This document shows, piece by piece, positions 61,529 to 64,000 of a stretch of DNA of 64,000 nt. Source of the DNA: Squalus acanthias (taxonomy: Eukaryota); NCBI GenBank assembly GCA_030390025.1, contig CM059432.1, positions 62,188,001 through 62,252,000 of the forward strand. Direction: 5' to 3'. Both the position numbers and the translations under genes were made by a program. Each line of letters opens with the position of its first letter. Position 1 is the first letter of the stretch. A model generated the notes under the pieces. It did no database searches. It was given only the letters and a program-made list of their open reading frames with translations, and was not told where the DNA came from.

Positions 61529-63139
61529 GTAATGCTAATACCTAGAAACCATGGATGCATATTCAACAGACATGTCTTTACTGGGGAAATCTTTTGGGTT
61601 TGTTTGCTTATGTAAGTGAGGGAGGTCTATTTATTAAGGACATAATACTGTAGCTTCTCCAAAGGATCTCAATTTTTAAGATGGTGCAAAACAGGTAACA
61701 TAGTCAGGTGTGGATTTTTTTAAAACAATGGAACAAGGTTTATTTACAACAATCACATAGTTTTTCCTTCACTAACATGCTTCAATCTAGGCACAGTTAA
61801 GAGTGTCCATACTCGCGGCACAACTGAAGGAAGGGAAAGGCTTCTCCTTCAGTGGGCCTGGTTAATAGGCTGTCTCACAGACCTGCCTCTATGTTTAAGA
61901 ACAGGCAGCCGGCAGATTCCCACCTAAAAATCGATGGGAGGGATTTTTAGTACCTCTCTCTTTCACTTCTGCAAACTGGCTGAATGTCAGATGCCAGCAA
62001 CAATGAAAGGGTTGCTCGCTCCCAGTTCATTGCTGCCATTTTTTCTTATGCGCTGCAGCTACCAGGAACTTAAACCCTGTGGCAGGATTTAGCTGGTGAG
62101 GCCAGGAAAAAAACCAAATAAGGATGGCCCTACGTCAAAGAGAGGGCCACCCAGAATCAAAAAGTGTTTATGTCCCAAAAGCCTGCCCCTAAGTGCCTGT
62201 TGTTAATAGCTACTCGGGTGTTGAAGTTGCATAATTGGGAGGCCCCTCTCATTTCCATAAATTTTGGGGCACTTAGCTTATGTTAGGGCTTCTAGTGCTC
62301 TACACGGTGGCTAGCTGCATTTTGCCGCACTAATAGTCTTGGATGAGTTGTAGGGCTGGAGCTTCCAAGCCAGATAATACAGGTAGCTGGGCTGCCCGCC
62401 ATCACATTATCAGCCCCATGGTATGTAAATTATGTTGAATATCATTTTGCTACCCGAGTAGTATCATTGTAATGAAATGATGTTTGGCTCTTAACCATTT
62501 CCAAATAAATTCATGGTCCCAAATGCATTTCATGATTGCACTGTCCTTTTATCTCCAAATCTGCTTGGGAATCTGCAGGGAGTTATAAGGCATCTAATGC
62601 AAGCTCATAATATGAGACTACCTCCTGTGAGTGTTCTCACACTGCTTAGCATTAGATTGAAACCTAACCCCAGAGTTACATTGCTGCTTTTGTACTGATG
62701 TGAATCCAAAAGCACTTTGTATCAGTAGGGAAATGGTAGTATAACTGCAGCTTATGAAATATTAATTACGTTTTCTAGTTTCATCTGACATTTAACTGAT
62801 AATTCTTCTACAACTTTCAGTAACAGGATACTTGTTCCAGAGCCCTTTTTCTGGTTTGATGCATACAGCCAAGTGTAAGATTGACCTGAGCATGTCATGT
62901 AGTGGCTATGATAGCAAGTAGTAATAATCTTAAAATTAAACTGGCCATCAAAACCAAACTGGCCATCAAAACCATTGTATAGTGTTACCCAAGTTATATT
63001 CAACAAACTTCACTTTCCTTGTTGAGCCTTTAATCATCTGATATATTTACTTGGTAGCTGATTGATCAGTTGAATTGATTGTTTGTACTGTTTAGGATGG
63101 TTGTTAAAAGTTAAGAAATATTGCATAAAATTGTGGGTC

Positions 63140-63362
63140 TTTGGAGTTCTCTGCCCCGGAGGGCTGTGGATGCTGGGTCTTTGGGTGCATTCAAGGCTGA
63201 GATGGATAGATTTTTGGACTCATGGGGAATCAAAGGATATGGGGATTGGGCGGGAAAGTGGAGTTGAGATCAATGATCAGCCATGATCTTATTGAATGGC
63301 GGAGCAGGCTCGAGAGGCCGTATGGCCTACTCCTACTCCTGCTCCTATTTCTTATGTTCTTA
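63140..63362 (+). mobile_element. CR1 3' UTR fragment
   Basis: ...ggaatcaaaggatatgggg...cagccatgatcttattgaatggcggagcaggctcg...tcttatgttctt. Confidence 0.8.
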
Positions 63363-63597
63363 TACATGACACTTTTTTTTAAAAAAAATTGTTCAAGGGT
63401 TGTGGTGATGATGGCAAGGCTGCATTCATTGCCCATCCCTTATTGTCCTCAAAATGGTGATGGCCCTTTTGTTGTTAATAATGCTCAAATAGATTAATAA
63501 AAGGAAAAATGCTGCAAAATTAATTCAGCGCTGTTGCGCCATTTGCAATCTAGACTAAAAGTAATGCTTCTAATACACAAGGTGATTTTTTTTCTAG

Positions 63598-63756
63598 CAC
63601 ATAGATTTGCCCATTGATGTGCTTCTGCCTGCTCCAAGTTTCTGCTATGTACTTGCCCCTCTTCCAGGGGAGGGGAAAGTCGAGGTGCTTCAGAATGAAA
63701 ATGTCTCTGACCTCTACCGACCTTCAACACTGCACAATTTAAAGCATATTCTTCAG
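63598..63756 (+). CDS. SPIDR: SPIDR coding exon E
   Basis: ttttctag|CAC acceptor and CAG|gtaatt donor. Translates HIDLPIDVLLPAPSFCYVLAPLPGEGKVEVLQNENVSDLYRPSTLHNLKHILQ, versus human LPPPALCYILTAHPNLGQIDIIDEDPIYKLYQPPVTRCLRDILQ. Length 159 nt, phase 0 to 0. Confidence 0.9.
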
Positions 63757-64000
63757 GTAATTGGATGTTCTGTGAACATGTCAAATAATTTCAAGCTTCT
63801 GTTTAAGGCTTGATTCATATCTTGTTTCTGACAGCACTGTTAACAAAATGTTGATGTTATTTCAGTCTACGTGCCTTTGTATTATTGCCGATTCTAGTAT
63901 AAATCTCCTATCCTTTTAAAATGAAATTGATAAGACAGCACATTCTTCATTGTGCCATGAACTCGCAGACTTAGATGCAAAGCCAGCCTCTGCTGAAAAT

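Noticed and set aside
62938..62974. 18-bp direct duplication aaactggccatcaaaacc
   Set aside because: A simple two-copy slippage duplication with no further structure.
63598..63604. Alternative acceptor at catag (63604) for exon E
   Set aside because: It shifts the frame by 7 nt relative to the phase-0 donor of exon D. The upstream ctag acceptor keeps the SPIDR frame.

Overview
Eukaryotic DNA, very probably from a cartilaginous fish (shark), judged from an HE1-like V-SINE, Deu-domain SINEs and abundant CR1 LINEs. The window lies inside the SPIDR (KIAA0146) gene on the + strand. Five coding exons (16339-16543, 20417-20703, 47844-48005, 61441-61528, 63598-63756) have canonical AG/GT sites and compatible phases, and splice into one open frame matching the central part of human SPIDR as I recall it. 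The introns are dominated by transposons: several CR1 LINEs (one near full length), L2 and L1 relics, SINEs, and at least four PIF/Harbinger elements. Two of these Harbingers carry a convergent transposase plus an intron-containing Myb/SANT gene. The most unusual structures are short, non-coding Penelope-like insertions carrying minimal hammerhead-ribozyme motifs. Two of them are TSD-flanked near-perfect hairpins with one ribozyme motif on each strand. All family assignments come from recognition by eye, not database searches, and most repeat boundaries are approximate.
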